Part shown: positions 9,772 to 19,507 of the stretch, piece after piece | How positions within the stretch are numbered: position 1 is the stretch's first letter | Layout: each line of letters opens with the position of its first letter | NCBI GenBank assembly: GCA_963674595.2 | Contig: CAXXFV010000027.1 | Coordinates: 256,001 to 320,000 of the forward strand | Length of the DNA: 64,000 bases | Direction: 5' to 3' | DNA from: a bacterium | GTDB lineage: Bacteria > Zhuqueibacterota > Zhuqueibacteria > Residuimicrobiales > Krinioviventaceae | Position numbers and translations under genes: made by a program | The notes under the pieces: generated by a model | Told to the model about the DNA's origin: nothing | Database searches by the model: none | The model's input: only the letters and a program-made list of their open reading frames with translations

Positions 9772-10758
9772 TTATATATGAAATTCCACTATATCATTAT
9801 CAGCAAGTGTATAGTCCCTGTTGATTTTCTGGCCTTCAAATTTCCCATGTCCCCAAAGTTTTGCAAATTTGAGATGTTCTGAAAAATCTTTATGGACCAT
9901 CTGCGCTAAATCATCAAGCGTACTGCCGCGTTTGAGCATATAAGGTTTGTCATTATCCGGTTGTTTCCCGGGTGGTTTGGTATAAACCCGAATTAATTGA
10001 AGTGCCGCGATTAATTGTTTTTTAAAAAAGTCCAAATCGCTGTTTTGTTTTAAACAATCCAAAGCACTTGTATTAAACTGTTCGGCGTATAATTCTTTGA
10101 GGATTTTATAGTTTTCCATTGCACCGGTTATATCGGTCTTACAACATGCCAGCCAGCTTTGTTTGATGAACATCCGGTCCTGATATTCCGGTTGATGCTG
10201 AATCTTGGCAAGTTTGATATGGGCATTTGCCAATGTTTGCAACGTATCTTCCAACGAATCCATAACATCCGGATCGGAGATATCCACAACAACCAAAACA
10301 AAATCAGAGTGTTTAATAATATCCGGCACCCAAAATTCCATGTGCTGCGAGCAAACAGGCGGCAGATCAACAAGTTCCAACAGGTAATTATCATAGGACA
10401 TTATTACGGGATGAGGTTCCCGGGTGGTATAAGGATAGGGTGCAATTTCAAGTTCCGTATTCGTCAACCTGGATACAAGTTGGGATTTTCCGGAGTTGGG
10501 AGGTCCGACGAGAACTATTTGGGCTCCCCCCTCTTTTTCAACTTTGATACTAAAGCCTTTTTTTCTGCCGGATTTTTGTAATTCATTTTTTAAAGATGAA
10601 ATACGCTTTTTTAAATCAGCCTGCATTTTTTCAGTTCCCTTGTGCTTCGGGATAGCTGCAAGCATCGCTCTTAACGCCTCAAGTTTGTCCTGAGGCGTTA
10701 AAGCCTGACGATACTCATTTTCCGCCCGATAGTAATCGGGTGATAAATTAGCAGGCAT
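9772..10758 (-). CDS. DRG/Rbg-like OBG-family GTPase with C-terminal TGS domain
   Basis: MPANL...IPKHKGTEK N-terminus, G1 GPPNSGKS, G2 YPYTT, G3 DLPP, G4 CKTD, TGS domain IRVYTKPPG...DNDIVEFH. Confidence 0.88.
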   Translation of the reverse strand: MPANLSPDYYRAENEYRQALTPQDKLEALRAMLAAIPKHKGTEKMQADLKKRISSLKNELQKSGRKKGFSIKVEKEGGAQIVLVGPPNSGKSQLVSRLTNTELEIAPYPYTTREPHPVIMSYDNYLLELVDLPPVCSQHMEFWVPDIIKHSDFVLVVVDISDPDVMDSLEDTLQTLANAHIKLAKIQHQPEYQDRMFIKQSWLACCKTDITGAMENYKILKELYAEQFNTSALDCLKQNSDLDFFKKQLIAALQLIRVYTKPPGKQPDNDKPYMLKRGSTLDDLAQMVHKDFSEHLKFAKLWGHGKFEGQKINRDYTLADNDIVEFHI

Positions 10759-10767
10759 TTTATCATC

Positions 10768-11460
10768 CTATTTTGGTATATCCTGATATTTGGAAATAGC
10801 ATGAAAACGTTGTGTAATTTTTTCAAATTCTGTTCTTAAAACAGAATAACTATTATCGTTGGTTTTTATATAAATAATATAGAGCAAGTCGTCACGCGGT
10901 AACACACTAAAAATCCAAACATTTAAATCATCCATTTCCTTTGGTATTTCAACCGCAAAATAAAATCCCTGTAAAAGATGATGTGCCGGCTGGGTAACGG
11001 CTTTGGTAATTTGAACCTGTTTTCCTCTATGTTCAAAATAATCCAGAATATTGGCCAGCATGTCAATCGTTTGGTCCTGAACCTGGGATAGTGTATCGCG
11101 CCTTGCGACCCCGACTAAACATTGTGCGGCGATATTGTCATCGAGCATTCGGTCCATTTGCAATTGCCAGTTAATATGGTTTAACATAGACTCCGATTCC
11201 GGTAAAAGAGCCAATGAGAAACCATCCGAACGTTCAGTCATGCTCCAGTGGCTATCCGGGGCCTGCACGGAGTAACGGTCCGTATAATTATAATACATCG
11301 AATCAACAATACCTTTAGCAGCATTGTTCAACAAAACCGGATAATCACGATAACTGTTTTTTAAACCTGTTTTAACCTGCAATAATATAACAAATACAAC
11401 GGCCAGTGCAAAAAGGATCATGACAATAGGTTGTATGTTTATCTTTTTATTTCTTTTCAT
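10768..11460 (-). CDS. membrane-anchored hypothetical protein (possible PsbP/DcrB-like fold)
   Basis: Likely start is MKRNKK at 11460, next to the pfkB stop. One TM segment, then YSVQAPDSHW and a C-terminal helix FEKITQRF. Confidence 0.6.
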   Translation of the reverse strand: MKRNKKINIQPIVMILFALAVVFVILLQVKTGLKNSYRDYPVLLNNAAKGIVDSMYYNYTDRYSVQAPDSHWSMTERSDGFSLALLPESESMLNHINWQLQMDRMLDDNIAAQCLVGVARRDTLSQVQDQTIDMLANILDYFEHRGKQVQITKAVTQPAHHLLQGFYFAVEIPKEMDDLNVWIFSVLPRDDLLYIIYIKTNDNSYSVLRTEFEKITQRFHAISKYQDIPK

Positions 11461-11461
11461 A

Positions 11462-12358
11462 TTATTTTGAACCAATCTTGTTAATTTTGGAAATGTCCCA
11501 CACCGGCATGGCCCCTTTTTGAGTCGCAACATAGGCACCTAACCTGTTACCGTATTCTGCAATATTCTCAAGTGAGGCTTTTGCGAGATATTTTATTAAA
11601 AAACCGGCCGCAAAAGCATCTCCGGAGCCGGTTGTATCTACAACCTTGACATTGTATCCCGGATGTACGGCATAATCGTCTTTAGTAACGATAAAACATC
11701 CTTTTGCTCCCAGGGTTACAGCGGCCATTTCAATATTGTATTTTACTAAAATTTCTCTTATAAAGGCAATATCTTCTTTTCCCTTGCCATAAATCGCTTT
11801 TAGCTGCGCCAGTTCATCCTCGTTAAGTTTTATAATATTTGCTTTTTGAAGAGAATTTTCAACGATCTTTTGTGATTCATTGTTCCATCCTCGTAAATTA
11901 ATATCAAAAACTTTGACAGCATTTACCGCTTTATCTAAAAACTTTTGAATAGCGATAAAAGAATCCGGCCTGCGTTGGGCCAGGGTGCCAAAAAGAACGG
12001 CATCCAGTTTTGGTGCAATTGTTTCCCACTTTTCATCAAAAACCAGGTGATCAAAGGCAACATTTTGACTGCATTGAAAATGGGGAACACCCTGAGAATC
12101 GAGAGAAACTTGAACAGTTCCGGTGGGGAATTCATTATCAATCTGCAGCCCGGAGACATCAAGCTTAAACGTTCCGGACTGGGTTAAAACCTCTTTTCCC
12201 AAATCGTCATCACCAACCCGGCTGAGGACCATGCCGATATGGCCGGACTGAGAAATATGTGCCGCAAAATTGGCTGGTGCGCCGCCAAGGAATTTTTTGT
12301 CGTCATATATATCCCACAAAATTTCACCTAATCCTGCAATTTTATATTTATGTTCCAT
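11462..12358 (-). CDS. PfkB family carbohydrate kinase (fructokinase-like)
   Basis: GEILWD, GGAPANFA, FDINLR, DTTGSGDAF. Confidence 0.92.
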   Translation of the reverse strand: MEHKYKIAGLGEILWDIYDDKKFLGGAPANFAAHISQSGHIGMVLSRVGDDDLGKEVLTQSGTFKLDVSGLQIDNEFPTGTVQVSLDSQGVPHFQCSQNVAFDHLVFDEKWETIAPKLDAVLFGTLAQRRPDSFIAIQKFLDKAVNAVKVFDINLRGWNNESQKIVENSLQKANIIKLNEDELAQLKAIYGKGKEDIAFIREILVKYNIEMAAVTLGAKGCFIVTKDDYAVHPGYNVKVVDTTGSGDAFAAGFLIKYLAKASLENIAEYGNRLGAYVATQKGAMPVWDISKINKIGSK

Positions 12359-12368
12359 TCACATTCCT

Positions 12369-14318
12369 TTAATATTTCATTCTTTCAGCTATGGTAATTT
12401 TGGGTTCACCGGGCATGGGGCCGGCGCCGGTTCGCGGGTCAATTTCCTTAAAAATAATTCCGGGGGGGCGTTTAAAATCGGTAAACAGAGAATTGCCCAG
12501 GGCACTTTTCATAAACTCTACCCAAATAGGAATTGCGGCCCTGCCGCCTGTTATACTTCCGCCCCATTTGTCATGCATCATCCTGTTATCATCAAACCCA
12601 ACCCAAACAACCGTAACCAAATCCGGGGTGAATCCGATAAACCAGGCATCGCGATTATCACCGGATGTCCCTGTTTTACCGGCACAGGGTCGTCTAAATT
12701 TTAATGTTTTGATACTTTTGGCAGTTCCATGTTCCACAACACCACGCAGCATATCGATCATAATGTAACAGGTTTGCGCATCGAACAATTTTTCATTTTT
12801 ATAGGATTTTGACCATAAATTTTTATTCTCAGCACTTTTAATCGCTTTTATCATTTTGGGTTCTTTTCGAATTCCTTCTGAAGCGATGGTAACATAAGCC
12901 GAAGCCATTTCATAAGGCGAAACAGATGTTGCTCCAAGTGCCAATGAATAAAGAGGCTGTAACGGACTTTTAATTCCCATTTTTTGCGCATATTCAACCG
13001 CTACTTCCGGTGTAAGGCGTTGGATAATTTGCGCGGCAATGGTATTTCTGGACTCTGACAAACCATATTTAACCGTCATGGGCCCAAGGTATTCTTTTTC
13101 GAAATTTTCAGGTTCCCATACCTGGTTATCAAACTCAATTTTAACCGGTTGATCAATCAATACCGTAGAAGGAGTAATTATTCCTTTATCCAGCGCACCG
13201 AAATATATAAACAGTTTAAAGGCGGAACCCGGACTACGGTTATTGGAAACAGCCCGGTTAAACGGTGACCTTATAAAATCCCGGCCGCCAACCATTGCCT
13301 TAACGTCACCACTATGAACATCGATTGCCACCAGTGCTGCCTGCGGATAATTCAATTTTTCTTCCCAACTGGCTTGTTCATAAGGCGGAAAGCCCATCAA
13401 TTGATCAAACTCGGCCAGTTTTTCCTTAACAGCACGGGTTGCTTCAAACTGATAATGAGAATTCATTGTTGTAAAAATATCCAAGCCACCGTAATTGACA
13501 GCTCCTCTGCCCAAATCTTCAGAGGCTGTTTTTAAAATATAATCAAGAAAATAATCGGCAGAACCGCTGAAAACATTCATACGATGATATTCCAGTTCTC
13601 GTGCTGATAATTCCTGGCGTTTATCCTGTGTAATGAAACCCTCATCGGCCATACGTTTTATCACAAATATATATCGTTCTTTGGCAATCTCTTTGTTTTT
13701 ATAGGGACTGTATCTGGCCGGCCATCTTGGGATTCCTGCCAACATGGCTGATTCTTCGACAGTCAATTCATCGGCGTGTTTTGAAAAATAAGTTTGCGCC
13801 GCCAATTCCACACCATAAACACCGGACCCAAAATCAATTTGATTTAAATAAGCTTCGAGAATATCTTTTTTAGTAAACTGACGCTCAATTTGAAAAGTCA
13901 ACAAAGCTTCTTTAATTTTCCGGCTCCAGCTTTTATGAAAATCGAAAAATAAATTTTTAACCAGTTGCTGTGTAATTGTGCTTCCGCCGCCACGAATACG
14001 GCCGCTTTTTAAATTATAAAACAGAGCATTTATAATTGAAAATTTGGAAATACCGTGGTGTTTATAAAAATTTTTATCTTCCAAAGCAATAAACGCATTT
14101 ACCAGATCCGGGGATATAAAATCAATAGGAACCACCTGCCGATTAGCAAGAACTTTGATGACCTGATTATTGTCGTCATAAATTTTAGTCGGTTGGGTTA
14201 AAGCTATCTTGTTCAAGTCATCAGGAATTTGAGGTAAGGTCAATAAATATTTTATAATAATAACCAGGATTAAACAGATAAAAACTAAAATTCCATAAAA
14301 GACGATTCGTTTCTTCAT
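12369..14318 (-). CDS. class A penicillin-binding protein (PBP1A family)
   Basis: Transglycosylase motifs EDKNFYKHHG and GGSTITQQLVKN; transpeptidase motifs SAFK, SRN, KTGT. Confidence 0.95.
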   Translation of the reverse strand: MKKRIVFYGILVFICLILVIIIKYLLTLPQIPDDLNKIALTQPTKIYDDNNQVIKVLANRQVVPIDFISPDLVNAFIALEDKNFYKHHGISKFSIINALFYNLKSGRIRGGGSTITQQLVKNLFFDFHKSWSRKIKEALLTFQIERQFTKKDILEAYLNQIDFGSGVYGVELAAQTYFSKHADELTVEESAMLAGIPRWPARYSPYKNKEIAKERYIFVIKRMADEGFITQDKRQELSARELEYHRMNVFSGSADYFLDYILKTASEDLGRGAVNYGGLDIFTTMNSHYQFEATRAVKEKLAEFDQLMGFPPYEQASWEEKLNYPQAALVAIDVHSGDVKAMVGGRDFIRSPFNRAVSNNRSPGSAFKLFIYFGALDKGIITPSTVLIDQPVKIEFDNQVWEPENFEKEYLGPMTVKYGLSESRNTIAAQIIQRLTPEVAVEYAQKMGIKSPLQPLYSLALGATSVSPYEMASAYVTIASEGIRKEPKMIKAIKSAENKNLWSKSYKNEKLFDAQTCYIMIDMLRGVVEHGTAKSIKTLKFRRPCAGKTGTSGDNRDAWFIGFTPDLVTVVWVGFDDNRMMHDKWGGSITGGRAAIPIWVEFMKSALGNSLFTDFKRPPGIIFKEIDPRTGAGPMPGEPKITIAERMKY

Positions 14319-14328
14319 TCTATTTCTC

Positions 14329-15192
14329 TTATTTTACAGGCAGCGCCATTACAGGAGGAGATTGAATTTGATTTAACTGGGCTATAAAATATCCGGCGGC
14401 AAGTTCCGATGCATTCATTTCATACACATGTGTACCAGCCCCGGAACGAACTTCGAAAGCAAAGGTTACCGAACCATCAACAACCTGAGAAGAGACTCCC
14501 ACCCATTGCAAATTATCCCCCCAGGCTATTAATTTGTAAGGATCATTGATAATTTGCAATTTCAACGATTTGTTTAAACTATCAAAAGCCTTTAAAAACA
14601 AATCTGCCGAAATAACCCGATCCTTATATTGGGGTATGTTTTCAAGTTTAGATTCACTCAAGTCAGTATCTTCATCCTGAAAGAGTATTTTATTATCAAC
14701 ATAAACGGATTTTATTTCTCTTTGAAATCCATCCAAAAAAGATGTCACTGTTTGCAAGGATGTACGTTCGAATTTTGTAAACATCCACACATCGTTTCTT
14801 GACAACTCGTAAAGCTCCAATGGATCTATAATACTTTTAGCAATATCAGCAGGAATGTTTTTATAAAAAGTCAGAAATGTCTTTTTGGTGACTGTAATTT
14901 CAGGTTTTTGTGTGAGATAAAAACCCAAATCCTCCAACGTTTGCACAACAACAACTGAAAGCGTATCAATCGGCAGACTATCCTGCAAGGCGATAACCTG
15001 CTGCTGCCCGTTAAGGCCTTTTTCTTCCTCTGTCCATAAACGGCCGGTTTGGGGGCGCTGAGAATTTGTTAAAAGCATAACCTCACCCAGCACTATTTCA
15101 ACGAAATCAAACATGAACTCGCACAAGACTATTAATAAAAAAACACCTAAAAAAAGGTATAATTTTTTTTTGATTTTCTTTTTATCAGGCAT
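14329..15192 (-). CDS. membrane-anchored hypothetical protein with an internal two-fold repeat
   Basis: N-terminal TM segment, GGAG RBS, two similar segments (TFLTFYKNIP...IIDPLEL and LFLKAFDSLN...IINDPYKL). Confidence 0.7.
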   Translation of the reverse strand: MPDKKKIKKKLYLFLGVFLLIVLCEFMFDFVEIVLGEVMLLTNSQRPQTGRLWTEEEKGLNGQQQVIALQDSLPIDTLSVVVVQTLEDLGFYLTQKPEITVTKKTFLTFYKNIPADIAKSIIDPLELYELSRNDVWMFTKFERTSLQTVTSFLDGFQREIKSVYVDNKILFQDEDTDLSESKLENIPQYKDRVISADLFLKAFDSLNKSLKLQIINDPYKLIAWGDNLQWVGVSSQVVDGSVTFAFEVRSGAGTHVYEMNASELAAGYFIAQLNQIQSPPVMALPVK

Positions 15193-15234
15193 ATCTCCGT
15201 TTCCGCAAAAAGAATGAACCGACAGACTCGTTTT

Positions 15235-16128
15235 TTAAAATTTAAAAGGTACGGGTGTAAAAGATGTTAGAAAGATAATAAATATGATATAACCAAGCAA
15301 GCGGCGTTTTTTATCAAGTAATGTAAAATCATCAATAGGTGCGGGATGTTTGCGTCCTAAAATTAATAGCAATATAAAGAGCAAAGCCCATCCGGGATAA
15401 AAAAATAAGGCAATTATACCAAGCATGGCAAGGAAGCTAAAACTAATCAATCGTGCCTTATGACCGAACATACTGTAAATAATATGTCCGCCATCCAATT
15501 GCCCGATGGGCAACAAATTTAATGAGGTGACAAACAAACCGGCCCAACCAGCATAACCAACAGGATGAGTAATGATTTCATAATTATTTGATATATTGCC
15601 AACTGCAAAATATGAAATAATTTTAAACAGTAACGGCTCACCTAAAATGAGGTATTGGGTTCCTACTTCTGAAGATGGAACAATTGTTGACCATTTCAGT
15701 CCAAAATAGATAGCCGGTACACTCAGAATAAAACCGGCAATAGGTCCGGCAGCGCCGATATCAAACAATGCTTTTCGGCTTGGAATATAACCCCGCATTT
15801 GTATGATAGCTCCCATAGTTCCAAATGGGTTAAGAAACGGAAAAGGTATAAAAAACGGCAAGGTTGCCGGAACGCCATAACGACGACACATGATATAGTG
15901 CCCCATTTCATGTGCAAAAAGTATGGAAATGATGGCAATACTGTAAGTAAAATCAATTGTCAACCACGTGGAAAAGATGGTCGCAATTAACAAGATTAAA
16001 TTAATATACGGTTTATCAATAGGTAACGGTTTGATATTGAAGTTAAATCTGGGTTTTGTTCTCTGTTGAGGATAAACATATTGTATTTCTTCATTTATAT
16101 CATTATTCATAATAATCCAATTTTTCAT
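15235..16128 (-). CDS. site-2 protease (M50) family intramembrane metalloprotease
   Basis: HEMGH, AGP and NLLPIGQLDGG motifs. Confidence 0.93.
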   Translation of the reverse strand: MKNWIIMNNDINEEIQYVYPQQRTKPRFNFNIKPLPIDKPYINLILLIATIFSTWLTIDFTYSIAIISILFAHEMGHYIMCRRYGVPATLPFFIPFPFLNPFGTMGAIIQMRGYIPSRKALFDIGAAGPIAGFILSVPAIYFGLKWSTIVPSSEVGTQYLILGEPLLFKIISYFAVGNISNNYEIITHPVGYAGWAGLFVTSLNLLPIGQLDGGHIIYSMFGHKARLISFSFLAMLGIIALFFYPGWALLFILLLILGRKHPAPIDDFTLLDKKRRLLGYIIFIIFLTSFTPVPFKF

Positions 16129-16131
16129 ATT

Positions 16132-16914
16132 TTATAAATCAATTATCACAGGTTCACCAATTTGAACATTTAAAAATTTTTGTGCATTTCCATTAACAAG
16201 AGCAATTTCCAAAAAATTATGGCTTCCGACAAGGGCAACCAACGAGTCTGTTGTTTCCTGTGCATAATATTGAGATATTTTATTTATTACTGTTTCTTTA
16301 ATTCGAATCGATTTCAAGTTTTTATTGGTAAAAAGTGTTTTGGGAATATTTGTAATCAAGTTACCAAACCGGTCTATATAAACAACTTTACCGGCAATTT
16401 GGTTCCGCTTTTGTTCGGCAAATTCCAATTTTCCTGTCAAATAATCCGTAATTCTGGTGCCTAATTTTGTTACAGCTATTCCATTTGAAAGATGGGCGGC
16501 AATCGGGGCAAAAACATCCCGGCCATGAAATGTTTGGCTGATATCCGGTAAAAAGTATTTGGGATTGTTCAGGTGATAAACATTAACATTTTTATTCTCA
16601 GCATAAATCCATTTTAATACACCGTTATCCGGAGCGATAAAATAATAATTCTGTGTCTGTACCAAAATCGGCAGCCTTTGAGATCCCACACCGGGATCCA
16701 CTACAACTACATGAATACTCATTTTTGGAAAATATTTATAACTTGATGCCAAAACAAAGGCAGCGCTGTTAATATCGCCCTGTTCTATCTGGTGGGAAAT
16801 ATCAATGACGCCGGCATCCGGATTTATTCCGGCAATAATGCCTTTCATAATGCCGGTAAAACCGTCTCGATCACCAAAATCGGTTAATAATGTAATGACA
16901 GGTTTGTTATACAT
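16132..16914 (-). CDS. SAM hydroxide adenosyltransferase (DUF62 family)
   Basis: LLTDFG, VVDPGVG, APDNG, TFHGRDVFAP, IDRFGN. Confidence 0.93.
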   Translation of the reverse strand: MYNKPVITLLTDFGDRDGFTGIMKGIIAGINPDAGVIDISHQIEQGDINSAAFVLASSYKYFPKMSIHVVVVDPGVGSQRLPILVQTQNYYFIAPDNGVLKWIYAENKNVNVYHLNNPKYFLPDISQTFHGRDVFAPIAAHLSNGIAVTKLGTRITDYLTGKLEFAEQKRNQIAGKVVYIDRFGNLITNIPKTLFTNKNLKSIRIKETVINKISQYYAQETTDSLVALVGSHNFLEIALVNGNAQKFLNVQIGEPVIIDL

Positions 16915-16930
16915 AAAGCCAAAAAATTCG

Positions 16931-18343
16931 TTAATGGATACAGTCGTTAATCAAAACGGGTGCATGATCAGGCGCTGTTAATTTTCTATTTTCTTCCCGC
17001 ACCCAATGCACCAGTTCTTCGCACTTTTCCCAACCGATACTGTTGGCCCAAACAGGGTAAATAGAATTATTTGTTAATAACGGGTCCTGTACAAAGTCCG
17101 TATACCCGCTTTTAACTGCCAGGTCCCATTCCCTGGTTTGGGGGATTGGTGAAAAAGAAGCCGGATTTACGTGAACGCCCAAATCATGAACAAACCGTAC
17201 ACTGTTTTTTACTTCATCAATGCTCTGGTTCGGCAGTCCGAAAATGACATATACACCAAGATTCTCAGTTGACAAGCCGGCACGATATAAATTTTTTACA
17301 GCCGTTTCAAGATCATTATTAGAAACTTTTGAAGATAATCGTTTTTGAGTGGAATGATCGGATGACTCGAAACTTAGTCTGAGCGTTCTACCGCCGGCAT
17401 GAAAAAATAAATCAGCCAGTTCCTCATCGATATAACGGGGATGCAGACCGTTTGGGGTGTGCATAGCCAGGTCCAGGTCTTTTTCGATAATTCCCCGGAG
17501 TATGGGTTTAAAAAACTGATCAGCCTGAAATAACAGAGCATCATCATAAAATGCTACATGGTTAATATCATAGTTATCATGCCAATATTGTAACTCGTTC
17601 ACAACCTTTTGCGGAAAACGTCTTAAGTGATGCGGCACAAGCACTTTTGAGGCGCAAAAACTACAATGAAAAGGGCAGCCTCTGGAAGTTTGAATTAAAA
17701 CAGATTCAAGATGTGGATACATATCAAAAGCAGGATAAGGCAGATCGTTGATATTAAATTCATAATCTGCACCGGGTCCATTGGTTATCTCTGCTAAAAG
17801 TCGGACAACTTGCTGTTCACCCTCACCGATAATTATAAAATCCGGTGAAATATAAGATTGGGCATGTTCCGGGCATAAAGTCGCATAAACACCTCCCAAA
17901 ATAATCGGCGTACCAGGGAAAAAAATACGAAGCAGTTCAACCATAGCCTTAACACCGGGATACCAGTAGGTCATTCCGCTTGCAATCAAGATAGCTTCCA
18001 GGCGAACAGGAAAATTTTCAAGGTATTTTTCTACATAGGAAAGAGAAAACCCGTAACGGCAATAATTTTTAGGAACGTGTTCAAGTATAGCTGGTTTTTC
18101 TATAATTTCACGATAAAACTTGCCCGTACCATCGTAACGGACTTTGGCACTGTCTTTTTTCTGATATTGCAGAAATTTTGGGTCAAAACGGTCCAGACAA
18201 TCCAACAGGTGTACCTGATAGCCGTAATTCCGGAGTATTGCTCCAATCTGTAATAATCCGGTGGGTTTGTTCCAAAAATCATAAGCAGCAAAATCATATA
18301 TCCAGGGATTGACTAGAAGTATATTTGCATCCGAACCCGTCAT
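16931..18343 (-). CDS. cobalamin-binding-domain radical SAM protein
   Basis: N-terminal B12-binding-like region (LLVNPW...PIILGGVYATLCP...GEGE) and SRGCPFHCSFC (CxxxCxxC). Confidence 0.88.
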   Translation of the reverse strand: MTGSDANILLVNPWIYDFAAYDFWNKPTGLLQIGAILRNYGYQVHLLDCLDRFDPKFLQYQKKDSAKVRYDGTGKFYREIIEKPAILEHVPKNYCRYGFSLSYVEKYLENFPVRLEAILIASGMTYWYPGVKAMVELLRIFFPGTPIILGGVYATLCPEHAQSYISPDFIIIGEGEQQVVRLLAEITNGPGADYEFNINDLPYPAFDMYPHLESVLIQTSRGCPFHCSFCASKVLVPHHLRRFPQKVVNELQYWHDNYDINHVAFYDDALLFQADQFFKPILRGIIEKDLDLAMHTPNGLHPRYIDEELADLFFHAGGRTLRLSFESSDHSTQKRLSSKVSNNDLETAVKNLYRAGLSTENLGVYVIFGLPNQSIDEVKNSVRFVHDLGVHVNPASFSPIPQTREWDLAVKSGYTDFVQDPLLTNNSIYPVWANSIGWEKCEELVHWVREENRKLTAPDHAPVLINDCIH

Positions 18344-19503
18344 AATATCTCGGTTATCATCATCATGACATCATCTTTCAGTTCAGCCTGACTGTAAAGT
18401 TGAATGTCTTTAACAACCTGTTCGGCAGCATCCTGAACAGAAAGTTTGAAATGATGTTGTAAAGATTTTTTTAAACCTTTCATTCCAAAAGCCTTTTCTG
18501 AACTATTTTCTGCCTCAACTATGCCGTCCGTATATAATACGATCCTGTCCCCTTTTGACAAAGAATTCGTTGATTGTGTAAATTTTTCCGGTTTGCTTGC
18601 TTCAAAACCAATGATCAGGTTTTCCGAAGTTAATTGGGTTAGTGTTCTATTATGTCTATTAATTAACAGTCCCGGTGGATGAGCACTCCCTGCATAGGTC
18701 AGGGTTTTATTTGGTAAATCAATTTTTAAAGAAAGGATTGTTAAAAATAATCCTGTGGCAGTTAAATTTTGCACAAAAAATTCGTTCAGGTGAAACAAAA
18801 CCTGACGGGGTTCAAGTCCGTCTCTTACAAATTTTTGAATTTCACTGCACACACGGTTAACCAGTAAAGCAGCCGCAATTCCATGTCCTGTTACGTCAAT
18901 AATTGTCAAATAAACACAATCATTTGCATCTTTATAAATATCTGCAAAATCACCTCCAACACCAATCATGGGCTGGTATTTGACGCCTATTTCAATATCC
19001 TGATCTTTATAATATTGGGGAACCAAACTATCCTGAATGCGTTGAGCCAGGCTAAGGTCCCGCTCGATCATTGCATGAAAATTATTTATTTTCTTTTGAT
19101 TTTCTTCCAGCAGCAACCCCATTCGGTGGCGTTCACTGGCTTTTTTTACACGTATTAAAAAGTCGTCAGCCATGATGGGTTTGGATAAATAATCATAAGC
19201 ACCAACTTTGATGGCCCTGACGGCCGTTGGAATGCTGCCAAAACCTGTTAAAATAAGTACCTGTGTATGCGGATTTTTGGTTTTTGCCGCTTTTAATACA
19301 TCCAAACCATCAACATTATACATCTGTAAATCGGTAATAACAATCCCATAATCATTATTTTCAATTAATTCAACCGCTTTTTCACCGCTGTCACATTCAA
19401 CAACATTAAATTCTTCTTTTTTTAAAAATTCATAAAAAAATTTGCGATTATTAAAGTCATCATCGACAACTAAAATTGTTATATCAGAATTATTGTTTAA
19501 CAT
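18340..19503 (-). CDS. response regulator receiver-PP2C (SpoIIE/RsbU-like) phosphatase
   Basis: VVDDD, ITDLQM and KP receiver motifs; VGGDF, DVTGHG, YTDG and DD phosphatase motifs. Confidence 0.92.
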   Translation of the reverse strand: MLNNNSDITILVVDDDFNNRKFFYEFLKKEEFNVVECDSGEKAVELIENNDYGIVITDLQMYNVDGLDVLKAAKTKNPHTQVLILTGFGSIPTAVRAIKVGAYDYLSKPIMADDFLIRVKKASERHRMGLLLEENQKKINNFHAMIERDLSLAQRIQDSLVPQYYKDQDIEIGVKYQPMIGVGGDFADIYKDANDCVYLTIIDVTGHGIAAALLVNRVCSEIQKFVRDGLEPRQVLFHLNEFFVQNLTATGLFLTILSLKIDLPNKTLTYAGSAHPPGLLINRHNRTLTQLTSENLIIGFEASKPEKFTQSTNSLSKGDRIVLYTDGIVEAENSSEKAFGMKGLKKSLQHHFKLSVQDAAEQVVKDIQLYSQAELKDDVMMMITEIL

Positions 19504-19507
19504 TATA

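Noticed and set aside
16132-16914. Fluorinase/chlorinase call
   Set aside because: TFHGRD is the DUF62 hydroxide-adenosyltransferase signature, and there is no halometabolite gene context.
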